From Candidatus Kerfeldbacteria bacterium (lineage in GTDB: Bacteria > Patescibacteriota > Patescibacteriia > SBBC01 > CAIJZX01), in contig CAVSWO010000002.1 of the NCBI GenBank assembly GCA_963731735.1, positions 628,257 through 692,256 on the forward strand: a stretch of 64,000 nt of DNA, written 5' to 3'. The notes beneath the pieces were generated by a model. It was given only the letters and a program-made list of their open reading frames with translations, made no database searches and was not told where the DNA came from. Every line of letters begins with the position of its first letter. Within the stretch, counting starts at the first letter, position 1. Positions 8,736 through 19,315 of the stretch are shown here, piece after piece. The position numbers and the translations under genes are program-made.

Positions 8736-10004
8736 ATGAAACTCGAAACCCTTCCCAACGGCCTGCGCTGCGTGACCGTCCCGCTCCATGATACGAAAGC
8801 TGTGACGGTGTTTGTATTTGCCAAGGTCGGTTCCCGCTACGAGACCCGATCAACTAACGGTATCTCACACTTTATTGAACACCTGATGTTCAAGGGCACG
8901 AAGAAACGCCCGACCACCATGGCAATCTCACGCTTGCTCGATGGAGTGGGCGCCAACTATAATGCGTTCACCTCAAAAGACTGGACCGGATATTATGTCA
9001 AAATCAATCACCAACACGCAACCTTGGCGCTGGATATCGTCAGCGATATGTTGCAGCACTCGCTCTTTAAACCGGCCGAGATCGAGCGCGAACGCGGGGT
9101 CATCATTGAGGAGATCAACATGTACGAAGATAATCCGTTGATGTCGATTGAGGACATGTTTGAATCAGCCGTGTATGGTGATCATCATCCGCTTGGGTGG
9201 AACATCGCGGGTCCACGGTCGGTCATCCGAAAAGTATCCCGTCCGACAATTTTGCGCTATCGCGATCAATACTATCACGCTAAAAATATGTTGGCGGTGG
9301 TGGTTGGGAAAATCCCGGACGGATTCGGTAAAGACATTCACCGAATGTTCGGGACCGTTCGATCGCGTTCGAAAACTCCCCATGCCAAACCGTACAAACC
9401 GCATGCCCGCCGCCATCCGATTCATCTGCGCTGGAAAGAGTTGGAACAGGTGCAGTTGGCGGTTGGCACCAAAGCCTTTAAGTATACGGACCGGCGGATG
9501 CCGGCACTCAGTCTGCTGGCGGCCTTGCTGGGCGGTAATATGAGCTCACGCCTGTTTATTCAAGTTCGGGAACGTCGCGGTCTGGCGTATTCAGTTCACG
9601 CGGCAGTTAATCCGTATGAGGATGTCGGAAGTTTTATGGTCCAAGCCGGGCTGGAGAAAAAACGCGTCCTGGATGCCCTGCGGGTGATTCTGGCTGAACT
9701 TCATAAAGTCAAATCCCAATCGATCGGTCCGGCCGAACTCAAGCGCACCAAAGAATTTATACGCGGCAAAATGGTGCTTGACCTGGAAGATTCCGATTCG
9801 ATCGCGTCGTGGTATGGGCGGCAAGCCATGTTTTTTGGAAAAATCCAATCACCCGAGCAAGCCTTGGCCAAAATTGATGCGGTCACGGCCGGTGATATCC
9901 GTCAGGTGGCCAACCAACTCTTTCGACCGGCGGCGATGCGTCTGGCCGTGATTGGTCCGTTCAAAGACTCGGCACCGTTCGCGTCAGTCCTGCGAACGGT
10001 CTAG
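8736..10004 (+). CDS. M16 family zinc peptidase
   Basis: The sequence ISHFIEHLMFKGT carries the inverted zincin motif HxxEH. Length is 422 aa. Confidence 0.85.
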   Translation: MKLETLPNGLRCVTVPLHDTKAVTVFVFAKVGSRYETRSTNGISHFIEHLMFKGTKKRPTTMAISRLLDGVGANYNAFTSKDWTGYYVKINHQHATLALDIVSDMLQHSLFKPAEIERERGVIIEEINMYEDNPLMSIEDMFESAVYGDHHPLGWNIAGPRSVIRKVSRPTILRYRDQYYHAKNMLAVVVGKIPDGFGKDIHRMFGTVRSRSKTPHAKPYKPHARRHPIHLRWKELEQVQLAVGTKAFKYTDRRMPALSLLAALLGGNMSSRLFIQVRERRGLAYSVHAAVNPYEDVGSFMVQAGLEKKRVLDALRVILAELHKVKSQSIGPAELKRTKEFIRGKMVLDLEDSDSIASWYGRQAMFFGKIQSPEQALAKIDAVTAGDIRQVANQLFRPAAMRLAVIGPFKDSAPFASVLRTV

Positions 10005-10053
10005 TCTCGGCGTCAAGATTGCTTTTTTTTCACGTTTTACGTAGGCTATAGCT

Positions 10054-11100
10054 ATGGCTAAAGCACAATCCTTTGACCTCTCCACCCTCTCGATCCTCAA
10101 GATCATTCTGATCCTATTGGCGGTTGGTTTCTTGTTCCTGATTCGGGATGTGTTGCTGTTGGTGTTTGTGGCCTTAGTGCTGGCGGCGGCGATCGATCCG
10201 TCCATTACAGCCCTTGAACGGCGCGGTATTCCGCGTGGGGCCGGGATTGCAATTATCTATTTGGGGATTTTGGCGATTATCAGTCTGATCGTGGTGCTAT
10301 TTGTGCCGCTGATTGTTGATCAATTGACGCAGTTTACCAAAGCGTTTCCGAACCTGTATGAAAAGGGTTTATCGGTCTTCCAGCAATTCCAGGATAATTC
10401 AACCTTTGACAGTTTCCGTTCGGCGCTGGAAAACCTGGCCCAGGGACTGTCGAACTTAACGCAAGGGATATTCTCGCAGGTATTTGGATTCTTTGGGGGC
10501 TTGTTCTCGTTCATCGGCGTACTGGTCCTGACGTTCTACATGACCATGGAAGAAAAGGGCATGAAGCGGATCGCCGTCGATTTGTCGCCGGCGCGCCATC
10601 GCCCGTATTTAACGCAGTTATTTAACCGGATTGAAAATCGACTGGGTTCTTGGCTGCGTGGCCAGCTGACGCTGGGTTTGATTATTGCCACCATGACCTA
10701 TCTCGGTTTGACGCTGCTGGGGGTCAAATACGCGCTGGTCCTAGCTTTGATTGCCGGAGTAACAGAACTGATTCCAATCGTTGGTCCATTTATCGGTGCC
10801 ATCCCGGCCGTGATCGTGGCGCTATCGATGAATCCATTTTTGGCCCTGTGGGTTTTAATCCTGTACATTGTCATTCAGCAGCTGGAAAATAATTTGATCG
10901 TACCGAAAGTCATGTCGCACGCGACCGGCATCAATCCGGTGATTGTGATCATCGGTATCTTGGTGGGTGCTAAAGTAGCCAACTTAGCCGGCGTAATCTT
11001 GGCCGTCCCGACTATCATCATCATTACGACATTCTTGGAAGATTTTTTGGAGGAGCGGAAGAGTGAAGATCTTCGCTTAGAAGAAGTCGTCAAGAAATAA
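10054..11100 (+). CDS. AI-2E family transporter (PerM/YhhT-like)
   Basis: Multi-TM protein with the ...TELIPIVGPFIGAIPAVIVAL... signature of AI-2E transporters. Confidence 0.8.
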   Translation: MAKAQSFDLSTLSILKIILILLAVGFLFLIRDVLLLVFVALVLAAAIDPSITALERRGIPRGAGIAIIYLGILAIISLIVVLFVPLIVDQLTQFTKAFPNLYEKGLSVFQQFQDNSTFDSFRSALENLAQGLSNLTQGIFSQVFGFFGGLFSFIGVLVLTFYMTMEEKGMKRIAVDLSPARHRPYLTQLFNRIENRLGSWLRGQLTLGLIIATMTYLGLTLLGVKYALVLALIAGVTELIPIVGPFIGAIPAVIVALSMNPFLALWVLILYIVIQQLENNLIVPKVMSHATGINPVIVIIGILVGAKVANLAGVILAVPTIIIITTFLEDFLEERKSEDLRLEEVVKK

Positions 11101-11107
11101 GCCGTCC

Positions 11108-11782
11108 ATGAGTCGGCTGTATGTAGTCGGAACGCCGATTGGCAATCTGGCTGACTTGTCGCCACGAGCTCAGCAGGTGTTGTCATCGGTGGCGGTGATT
11201 GCCTGTGAAGACACGCGCGTCACAAAAAAATTGCTGGCCCATTACCAGATCGCCACTCGGCTAACGAGTTTGCATCAGCACTCGGATCGACGCGCGCTCG
11301 ACGCAACCTTGGATATCGTGGCGCAGGGGAGCGATGTGGCCTATGTGACTGATGCCGGGATGCCGGGCATCGCCGATCCCGGCGGACAACTGATCGCAGC
11401 CGCCTATCAACGCGGTTTGACTGTCGAAAGCGTGCCGGGGCCGACGGCGCTGACCACCGCCCTGAGCTTGAGTGGGTTCCCGACCGACCGCTTTTTGTTT
11501 CTCGGATTTTTACCGCACAAAAAAGGTCGACAAACGCTTTTACAGCGGATTGCCGAGACCGCGGAGACCGTGGTAGTCTACGAATCGCCGCACCGGCTAC
11601 GGAAAGCTCTGGACGAACTGATCGGGGTGGTACCTGATCGGGAACTGGCCGTCTGTCGCGAATTAACCAAGCTCCACGAGAGCGTGATCCGGGGCAAGCC
11701 CAGCACCGTTCGCGACTGGTACCAAGCACATCCCGACCAAGTCCGCGGCGAAATTGTGCTCGTGATCGGACCCATTCTATGA
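11108..11782 (+). CDS. rsmI: 16S rRNA (cytidine1402-2'-O)-methyltransferase RsmI
   Basis: The sequence LYVVGTPIGNLADLSPRA...ACEDTR is the tetrapyrrole-methylase-like RsmI N-terminus. Confidence 0.85.
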   Translation: MSRLYVVGTPIGNLADLSPRAQQVLSSVAVIACEDTRVTKKLLAHYQIATRLTSLHQHSDRRALDATLDIVAQGSDVAYVTDAGMPGIADPGGQLIAAAYQRGLTVESVPGPTALTTALSLSGFPTDRFLFLGFLPHKKGRQTLLQRIAETAETVVVYESPHRLRKALDELIGVVPDRELAVCRELTKLHESVIRGKPSTVRDWYQAHPDQVRGEIVLVIGPIL

Positions 11783-13224
11783 ATCGAACATCGCTGACCA
11801 CCACGCTCCCCTACGTGAATGCCGACCCACACATTGGCTTCGCCTTGGAAATTATTCAAGCCGACGTGATTGCCCGCTGGCGACGCCAACGTGGTGACCA
11901 GGTCTTTTTTAATACCGGAACGGATGAGCACGGCATAAAAATTTTCCGCCGGGCCTTGGATGCCGGACTCGAACCCCAGGCCTATGTGGACAAGGTGGCC
12001 GCCAAATTCGACCAACTCAAACCGGCGCTCAACCTTACCTACAATGCATTTACGCGGACGACCGACCCCAAGCACGTGGCGGCCGCCCGGGCTTTTTGGC
12101 AACGTTGCGATGCGGCCGGAGATATATATAAGCAACAGTATCAGGTCAAATATTGCTCGGGCTGTGAGCTTGAAAAAACCGAATCGGAACTCGATCACGG
12201 CCACTGTATCTTACATCCTCAGCTAGAGATCGAAATACTTGATGAAGAAAATTATTTCTTCCGGTTTTCCAAATATCAGTCGCAACTCTTGGCCCTGTAT
12301 GACCAGCAGGCTGACTTTATTGTGCCGGAGCACCGCCTGAAAGAAATTCGAACCTTTGTTGCCGGCGGCCTCCAGGACTTCAGCATTTCTCGGCTAAAAG
12401 AAAAAATGCCATGGGGCGTACCGGTACCGGGCGATGAGCAACACGTGATGTATGTCTGGTTCGATGCGTTGGTTAATTATATTTCGTGTCTGGGCTGGCC
12501 GGAGGAAAAGTATAGCGACTGGTGGCCGTCGATCCAATTTGCCGGCAAGGACAACCTGCGCCAGCAGGCCGCCATGTGGCAGGCGATGCTGCTGTCGGCC
12601 GGAATCCAGCCGTCCAAACAGATTGTGATTCACGGATTCCTGACCAACGGTGGCCAGAAGATGTCCAAGTCGTTGGGAAATGTGGTTGATCCGTTTGCGC
12701 TGGTCAAACAGTTTGGGACCGACCCGGTTCGATACTTCCTGACGCGTTACATTACGCCGTTCGAAGACAGCGATTACAGTTCGACGCGTTTGCAGGAAGC
12801 CTATACCTCGGACTTAGCCAACGGACTCGGAAACTTGGTTTCACGCGTGAGCAATTTGCTCGAACAGCATTGTGCCGGGGCGTATACGCGGTCGCCAAAT
12901 TTCAGTTCGGAGACCTTGCAGGCCTACGATCTGGCCCTGGCCGGCTATCGTTTTGATGAAGCGCTCAAAATCGTGTGGGAGCAAGTGGCGGAAGCCAACC
13001 ATCGGATTGATGCAACGAAACCGTGGGATATGGCCAAACAGGGACAAACCGACGCAGTCCGGGCCTTGCTGAATGAACTGGTCAATCGAATTTTAGATCT
13101 GAATGAATTGCTGGTGCCATTCCTTCCGGGTACGGCCGAAAAAATTGCAACCGCACTGACCGCGCCAGTCCGCAAGGCGCAGCCGTTGTTTCCCCGACTT
13201 GAGACTCCAGCCAAAAAGGAGTAA
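11779..13224 (+). CDS. metG: methionyl-tRNA synthetase (short form)
   Basis: A HIGH-like motif (NADPHIGFAL) and a KMSKS motif are present. Length is 481 aa. The start overlaps the rsmI stop. Confidence 0.9.
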   Translation: MNRTSLTTTLPYVNADPHIGFALEIIQADVIARWRRQRGDQVFFNTGTDEHGIKIFRRALDAGLEPQAYVDKVAAKFDQLKPALNLTYNAFTRTTDPKHVAAARAFWQRCDAAGDIYKQQYQVKYCSGCELEKTESELDHGHCILHPQLEIEILDEENYFFRFSKYQSQLLALYDQQADFIVPEHRLKEIRTFVAGGLQDFSISRLKEKMPWGVPVPGDEQHVMYVWFDALVNYISCLGWPEEKYSDWWPSIQFAGKDNLRQQAAMWQAMLLSAGIQPSKQIVIHGFLTNGGQKMSKSLGNVVDPFALVKQFGTDPVRYFLTRYITPFEDSDYSSTRLQEAYTSDLANGLGNLVSRVSNLLEQHCAGAYTRSPNFSSETLQAYDLALAGYRFDEALKIVWEQVAEANHRIDATKPWDMAKQGQTDAVRALLNELVNRILDLNELLVPFLPGTAEKIATALTAPVRKAQPLFPRLETPAKKE

Positions 13225-13233
13225 GCTCATGCC

Positions 13234-13764
13234 ATGGTATGGCTTGATTGGGTTCTGATTATCGCTTTACTCAGCTACGCTTGGGGCGGTTCACTAACCG
13301 GACTGATTCAATCCATCGGCGGATTGGTCGGGTTGCTGTTGGCGGTGGTGCTGACGCCGCGACTGGCCGGACCGGTGGGGGATTTTTTATCGGTGCTTTT
13401 TGGCGGCAATCATGTGCTGGGCGAAATATTCGCCTTTATTTTGTTGTTCCTCTTGATCACGCGTTTGGTAGCCCTAATCTTTGTGTTCGGAAATCGGGCC
13501 TTTAATTTAGTCGCAATTTTGCCGGGCATGAAATCGCTCAATCGCTTGGGTGGGGCGTTGTTCGGGTTACTTGAAGGTTCGCTTTTTCTCGGCATCCTAC
13601 TCCAATATATCACGCGTCTGCCGTTGAGCTCCGGATTAACCTCCGTCATCCAGGATTCGGTCCTGGCACCGACCTTGATGGGGATTGCTGTTTGGTTAGT
13701 TGCGCTGTTTCCGAAAGCCTTACGTGAAACAACCCGCGTTATCGATAAGGTTGTCCCAAATTGA
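13234..13764 (+). CDS. CvpA family membrane protein
   Basis: Four TM helices, with an AAAAAGGAG RBS 12 nt upstream. Confidence 0.65.
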   Translation: MVWLDWVLIIALLSYAWGGSLTGLIQSIGGLVGLLLAVVLTPRLAGPVGDFLSVLFGGNHVLGEIFAFILLFLLITRLVALIFVFGNRAFNLVAILPGMKSLNRLGGALFGLLEGSLFLGILLQYITRLPLSSGLTSVIQDSVLAPTLMGIAVWLVALFPKALRETTRVIDKVVPN

Positions 13765-14597
13765 AGACGGTCGTATCAACAGCCACGCCGGACCAGCCGA
13801 GTGTCCGATTGATTGATTCCCACTGCCACCCGCAGCTGGCGCAATACGCCGAAGATCGATCGGCCGTCATCCGGCGCAGTTTGGAACAGGGGATTGGCAT
13901 GATCATCGTCGGAACTACGCTCAACGACAGTCTTGAAGCGGTGCGTCTGGCCGAAGCCTATCCGAACCAGCCGGTTTGGGCGGCGGTTGGCGTCCATCCG
14001 ACCGATGGTGATTTAGGCGAAGTTCACCCGGCCCAGCTAGCCGCACTCCTGGACAACTCGAAGACGGTTGCGATCGGTGAAACCGGACTGGATTACTTCC
14101 GGCTGCCACCCGATGATGTGGACACCCGCCAGCTGCAAGCCGATGTCTTCGAGCAACAGTTATTGCTGGCGGCCGAAAAGAATCTGCCGCTGATAATTCA
14201 CACCCGCGATCGGGAGGGAGTGTTCGACGCCTATCAGGACACGCTCACCATCTTGCGTCGGTTAAAGTTTAGCCGGTTTGTGATGCATTGCTATTCAGGC
14301 GACTGGGCGCATGCCGAGCAATTTCTCGATCTCGGCGGCCGGCTTTCCTTCACGGGCATTCTGACATTTCCCAAATCAGAGATGATGCAAGCGGTGGCCC
14401 GGCGGGCGCCACTTGAGAAAATACTGATCGAAACCGACGCGCCGTTCCTGGCCCCGGCTCCGCACCGAGGCAAGCGGAATGAACCGGCCTGGGTCCAACT
14501 GGTGGCGGATAAGCTGGCTGAACTTCGTGATCTCGATGCTGTTCAGGTGGCGACCGCCACGACCGCCACGACCCAGGAATTTTTTGGGCTGTCCTAG
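13761..14597 (+). CDS. tatD: TatD family metal-dependent DNase
   Basis: The sequences IDSHCHP, IGETGLD and HCYSGD are TatD signatures. Confidence 0.85.
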   Translation: MKTVVSTATPDQPSVRLIDSHCHPQLAQYAEDRSAVIRRSLEQGIGMIIVGTTLNDSLEAVRLAEAYPNQPVWAAVGVHPTDGDLGEVHPAQLAALLDNSKTVAIGETGLDYFRLPPDDVDTRQLQADVFEQQLLLAAEKNLPLIIHTRDREGVFDAYQDTLTILRRLKFSRFVMHCYSGDWAHAEQFLDLGGRLSFTGILTFPKSEMMQAVARRAPLEKILIETDAPFLAPAPHRGKRNEPAWVQLVADKLAELRDLDAVQVATATTATTQEFFGLS

Positions 14598-14633
14598 CTT
14601 GCCAGCTGAGCCAAAACCCGCTACCGTAGGGCC

Positions 14634-15710
14634 ATGGATTCCGCACTCTTAACTGCACTCTTCGTTGGTGGTGCCTTTGCCGTAATTGGAATTGTGGCGG
14701 CGGTCCTCATGTTCCAGCGCCTGTCTCGAACTTCCCAATTACTTAAACAGATGAATGACCAGGCGGCGAATAATCCGGCCGCTATGTTGCTGAAAGAGGA
14801 CCTCAAGGCGCTGAACGAACGACTCGACCGGCAATCGGAAAACATGCAGCGTTCCATCCAATCGCAATTTGGCGAAAGCGCCAAGATTATTCGCGATGTC
14901 ACGGAACGCCTGACCAAGTTGGATGAAACGAACCGACAAGTCGTGAGTTTTGCCGATCAACTCAAGCGATTGCAGGACACCTTAAATAATCCGAAACAGC
15001 GTGGCGTGCTCGGGGAGTATTACCTTGAAACCGTTCTCAAAAACGTCTTACCGCCGAAAAATTTTAAACTTCAGTATAAATTCAAGGATGGCGAAATTGT
15101 GGACGCCGCGATATTCTTACAAGACAAAATTATTCCGGTCGATGCGAAGTTTAGTCTGGAAAACTACAATCGCCTAGCCGAACTTTCACCCGGCCCGGAG
15201 CACGAGAAGATTGAGCGACTGTTTAAATCGGATTTGAAAAATCGGATTGATGAGACAGCAAAATATATTCGGCCCGGTGAAAATACCATGGATTTCGCTT
15301 TCATGTTTATTCCGGCCGAAGCGATTTATTATGACTTACTGGTCAATCAAGTCGGGCAGAGTGGTGTCTCGTCGCGCGACCTGATTGATTACGCGTTCAA
15401 AGAAAAACATGTGATTATCGTCTCGCCAACCTCATTCTTTGCCTATCTCCAGACGGTCTTACAAGGCTTACGAGCCATGCAGATTGAGGAAAGCGCCAAA
15501 GAAATCCGGAAGAATATCGAAGTCTTGGCCAAGCACCTCCAGTCGTACGACGGCTACATGCAAAAACTCGGCAGTTCGCTCGGCACAACCGTCAATCAAT
15601 ACAACCTGTCCTATAAGGAATTCAAGAAGATTGATAAGGACGTGGTCAAAATTGCCGAAATTGAAAGTACGGTCGAACCGGTGATGCTAGAAAAACCGAA
15701 CGTAGAATAA
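14634..15710 (+). CDS. rmuC: DNA recombination protein RmuC
   Basis: An N-terminal TM segment is followed by a coiled coil. The C-terminal RmuC nuclease-like region reads IPVDAKFSLENY...FIPAEAIYYDLL. Confidence 0.85.
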   Translation: MDSALLTALFVGGAFAVIGIVAAVLMFQRLSRTSQLLKQMNDQAANNPAAMLLKEDLKALNERLDRQSENMQRSIQSQFGESAKIIRDVTERLTKLDETNRQVVSFADQLKRLQDTLNNPKQRGVLGEYYLETVLKNVLPPKNFKLQYKFKDGEIVDAAIFLQDKIIPVDAKFSLENYNRLAELSPGPEHEKIERLFKSDLKNRIDETAKYIRPGENTMDFAFMFIPAEAIYYDLLVNQVGQSGVSSRDLIDYAFKEKHVIIVSPTSFFAYLQTVLQGLRAMQIEESAKEIRKNIEVLAKHLQSYDGYMQKLGSSLGTTVNQYNLSYKEFKKIDKDVVKIAEIESTVEPVMLEKPNVE

Positions 15711-15711
15711 A

Positions 15712-15745
15712 AAAACGTCCACCCTTAGGCGGACGTTTTGCGACG
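15712..15745. terminator. bidirectional intrinsic terminator shared by rmuC and the convergent gene
   Basis: The hairpin AACGTCC-acccttaggc-GGACGTT has an A-run upstream and TTTTG downstream. Confidence 0.55.
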
Positions 15746-16210
15746 AGCGGGATGAAAACTACTCCCGTGTAGCTGAACTTCGGAACGCAGCTGGTGTAAG
15801 GCGTGCAGCGCGTCTCGCAGCACGATGCTATCGGTCAACTTGTCTGAAACAACAACCACGCGCAGGATCGGGTAGCGTCTTCCTTGAAGACGATAGTGCT
15901 CGTGTTGGGCCTCGAATTTGCGTTGAAAGATCTGACTGCTTTTGACTTGGAGAAACAGAGCGCCCACATCGCTGGTGACGATCAGGTCGATGCCTTGCTG
16001 ATCCTGTGAACGGTTGGCGAACTCAACTTTGTACATCCAGGGCGGACAATGTTCGCCGGTTTCGATGCAGGCGGTCAGGAGTGCGTGCAGGCGCTCTTCG
16101 TTGGCTCGACCCCAAAGCGTTTGATGTCCGTTCACCAGCGACTCAACCGACTGGTTGCCATTTCGTCTCCGACGTTTGCTTTTTCGTACACCATGTCTCA
16201 TTTTGCCCAC
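15725..16210 (-). CDS. hypothetical protein with a possible PD-(D/E)xK nuclease-like core and a basic N-terminus (GTG start)
   Basis: A GGAGGTGA RBS precedes the GTG. The sequence GIDLIVTSDVGALFLQVKSS fits the h-h-D...(E/Q)-h-K pattern. Confidence 0.4.
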   Translation of the reverse strand: MGKMRHGVRKSKRRRRNGNQSVESLVNGHQTLWGRANEERLHALLTACIETGEHCPPWMYKVEFANRSQDQQGIDLIVTSDVGALFLQVKSSQIFQRKFEAQHEHYRLQGRRYPILRVVVVSDKLTDSIVLRDALHALHQLRSEVQLHGSSFHPARRKTSA

Positions 16211-16291
16211 AATCTCACCTCCTTGTGCGGGCTCATGGCACCAAAAAGAACAGCAGTGAATATGCCTACCCTACACGAAATGGCCGAAAAG

Positions 16292-17402
16292 TCAAGCCCG
16301 AGTCGAATAGCTCAGGCTCATGACGGAGAATCCAAGGAGAGACAAATACCCAATACTATTTGTGTTGAAATACCGAGAGAAAAACAGTAGGACAAATGTT
16401 ATGCCCAGCGTAGCGATCAGCGCGTTAGCCAGGCTATTGTGTCTAGCTTGCCATCGCCACAGCCACCACATTGTCGGCACCCCAACCACCAGCTGCCAAA
16501 TCCAAAATGGATAGGTATCAAAAATCGAATGAATAAAATTCATCCGGTACAGGAGTTTTGCGAACCCGACGCCCCAGATCGGCCAACTGGTTGGCAGGCC
16601 GCCGGTCGCGAATCGCCAGGTATCGTCAACAAAGGCGGCTGGATTCCAAAGCACAAATGGCAATAGGAGCACCAGCGCGGTTCCAGACAACCACACCACA
16701 CTCTGTATCCGCTGGCGGGCCGGGATGCGCGGCCAGGCATAAAGTCCAAAGAAGGGGAGGGCGAACCAGGCAGTTTGTTTGGTGGCTACGGCCACGCCGA
16801 GCAGCATCGCCGCCAGGATCCAACGTTGTTTCCGAAGCGCCGCCGCGGCCGCTAGTAGCCACATACATACCAGAATGTCGTTGTGCCCCTGCAGCAAGAA
16901 AGGGAGCCACAGCGGATTGAATATCCAGGCCGCGGCGGCCACCAATTTCCAACGGAGGCGCCGACAGAAACTCAGTAGTATGGCCAACGATACCAGCATG
17001 GCAATCGCATGAGTTACCCGTTGGTCATACCAGCCGATGACCAGCTGACTGAGCCAACTGACTGGTAAAGATGTTAGGATGGTGCCGGGTAAATAGACAA
17101 AATGCGTGCGGGCCGGATACGACCGAGTTTGGCCGGTCCGGGGATCGTGAAAATCCGAGAATTGCAATTCGGAATATACTCGCGTGTAGGGATTTTGACC
17201 CTGCCACAAACCGTCGATTGCCAGCTCGGTTTGGAAGGCGCCGTCTTGGATATGCAAAATTGGCGAGCCCCTGGTGCCGCTCAGCGATGGTTGGCCACAG
17301 GATACCAGTCAGGATCAGGCCAGATGCCACCAACACGAAAATATTGCTGCGGGTGGGCGATAGGTGTTTGATTGCCGTTTGGCCTGCCATACCGTGCATC
17401 AT
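16292..17402 (-). pseudogene. DUF2029/GT87-like polytopic membrane glycosyltransferase-like protein, apparently frameshifted near 17260-17300
   Basis: The main ORF 16292..17257 begins at the conserved AIDGLWQGQNPY region. The expected N-terminal TM helix (IFVLVASGLILTGILWPTIAERHQG) lies in another frame, in the overlapping ORF 17025..17402. Confidence 0.5.
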
Positions 17403-17452
17403 ACGTGACTTCTGAAAAAACCGCTAACCTTAGCGAAATTGATTTTTCAGCC

Positions 17453-17481
17453 TTGCCATAATGCCAAAAAAGTTGTAGTCT
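17453..17481 (+). promoter_or_regulatory. sigma70-like promoter of the atp operon (TTGCCA-17-TAGTCT)
   Basis: Hexamers read directly from the sequence. Confidence 0.4.
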
Positions 17482-17529
17482 GTGGTCGCCATTTTTGGTG
17501 TAAAACCGCCAACTTGGTACACTGTACCT

Positions 17530-17784
17530 ATGAGTCCCGAAAATCCACGTCCGTACTGGCAAGCCATGCGTTTGGCGCTCGACTTGGGCTGGATGATCGT
17601 GATTCCGCTGGTGCTGCTGGCGCTGGCCGGCCGCCTGGCGGATCAGTACTTCGACACCTCACCCTGGTTGCTGCTGGTCGGCATGACGCTGGCCATGGCC
17701 CTGACCACCATCTTGCTGGTTCGAAAATTCACTCAACTGATGAACGACCTTAACCATCCATCCGGAAACAAACCGCAGTCATGA
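17530..17784 (+). CDS. ATP synthase protein I / AtpZ-like small membrane protein
   Basis: The sequence MSPENPRPYWQAMRLALDLGWMIVIPLVLLALAGRLAD is typical of AtpZ/AtpI. It lies immediately upstream of atpB. Confidence 0.6.
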   Translation: MSPENPRPYWQAMRLALDLGWMIVIPLVLLALAGRLADQYFDTSPWLLLVGMTLAMALTTILLVRKFTQLMNDLNHPSGNKPQS

Positions 17785-18527
17785 GTCACATTACCATCTC
17801 GCTTGCACCCGAAGTCGTCGGTCACCTGTTTGGACTGCCAATTACCAATAGCATGTTGGGCGCGTTGCTGGGCGCGCTAGCCTTGGCCTTGGTGGCCTGG
17901 GCAGTTTCAAGAAATGTCCGGATGATTCCCGGCCGTTTGCAAAACGCGACCGAAATGGTGTTCGAATATTTTCTAGGGATCATGGACGGCGTGACCGGTG
18001 ATCGCCAACAGACCCGGCGCTTTTTTCCATGGGTGATGACGATTTTCCTGTTTATCTTGTTTATGAACTGGATCGGTCTGACGCCGATTTTCGGCAGCAT
18101 CGGTCTGAACGAAGTCGAAGGCGGACACCAGGTATTCATTCCGTTTTTACGCGGCGGCTCGGCTGATTTGAACATGACCGTCGCCATCGCGATGGTGTCA
18201 GTGATTGCAGCCCAATTCTTTGGCGTGATGGCGATTGGCGCTAAAAAACATTTACGCAAGTACTTCAATCCAAATCCGACCATGACCTTTGTCGGGATTA
18301 TTGAGTTGATCGGGGAATTTACGAAAATCATTTCTTTCTCTTTCCGGCTGTTCGGCAATATCTTCGCCGGCGAAGTTTTGCTGTTAGTGATTACGACCTT
18401 GGTCCCGCTGATCGCGCCCCTGCCATTCTACTTCCTGGAGTTATTTGTCGGCGTGGTTCAGGCCCTGGTCTTCGCTTTGCTGTCCCTGGTCTTCTTCAAA
18501 ATTGCGGAAACGGCTGAAGCACATTAA
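17781..18527 (+). CDS. atpB: F0F1 ATP synthase subunit a
   Basis: A conserved Arg lies within FRLFGNIFAGEVLL. Length is 248 aa. Confidence 0.9.
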   Translation: MSHITISLAPEVVGHLFGLPITNSMLGALLGALALALVAWAVSRNVRMIPGRLQNATEMVFEYFLGIMDGVTGDRQQTRRFFPWVMTIFLFILFMNWIGLTPIFGSIGLNEVEGGHQVFIPFLRGGSADLNMTVAIAMVSVIAAQFFGVMAIGAKKHLRKYFNPNPTMTFVGIIELIGEFTKIISFSFRLFGNIFAGEVLLLVITTLVPLIAPLPFYFLELFVGVVQALVFALLSLVFFKIAETAEAH

Positions 18528-18547
18528 TCGTATTTATTGGTAACTAA

Positions 18548-18799
<252 letters not shown>

Positions 18800-18805
18800 T
18801 TCCCC

Positions 18806-19315
18806 ATGGCGGAGCTCTTCAGTAAACTCGGAATTGACTGGCGGTTGTTGTTAGCGAATACGCTAACCTTCTTCCTGGTGCTTTGGATTCTCCGCCGCTT
18901 TGCGTACCAGCCGATTTTGTCAGCCCTCGACAAGCGGCAACACACGATTTCGTCGAGCCTCGATCATGCCAAACAGGCCAAGCAAGAAGTCGAGAAGCTC
19001 CAACAGCAAAAAGAGGAGATGTTGCAGGACACCCGCCAGCAAACTCAGGAAATGTTGCATCAAGCCGAGCAGCAGGCGGAAGCGGTCCGCCAGGAGAAAT
19101 TGGCCCAGGCCGGCGCCGAGGCCAAGACGCTGGTTGATCGCACGCGCCAGCAGCTGCAACGCGAACAAACCGAGATGCTGACCAAAGCCAAGGGTCAGCT
19201 GGCAGATTTAGTGGTTGAGGCGACCGCCAAAGTGCTGGACGAAAGTTTAGACGCTAAGGCTGAGCGCGACCTGCAGGCCAAAGCCGTCAAAGCCCTAAAA
19301 CACGATTCCGCATGA
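18806..19315 (+). CDS. atpF: F0F1 ATP synthase subunit b
   Basis: An N-terminal TM segment is followed by a long charged coiled coil. Confidence 0.85.
   Translation: MAELFSKLGIDWRLLLANTLTFFLVLWILRRFAYQPILSALDKRQHTISSSLDHAKQAKQEVEKLQQQKEEMLQDTRQQTQEMLHQAEQQAEAVRQEKLAQAGAEAKTLVDRTRQQLQREQTEMLTKAKGQLADLVVEATAKVLDESLDAKAERDLQAKAVKALKHDSA

Noticed and set aside
11220-12204. Two long minus-strand ORFs (11220..11804, 11578..12204) overlapping rsmI and metG
   Set aside because: They are antisense to well-supported conserved genes, and their translations are Arg/Ser/Pro-rich with no motifs.
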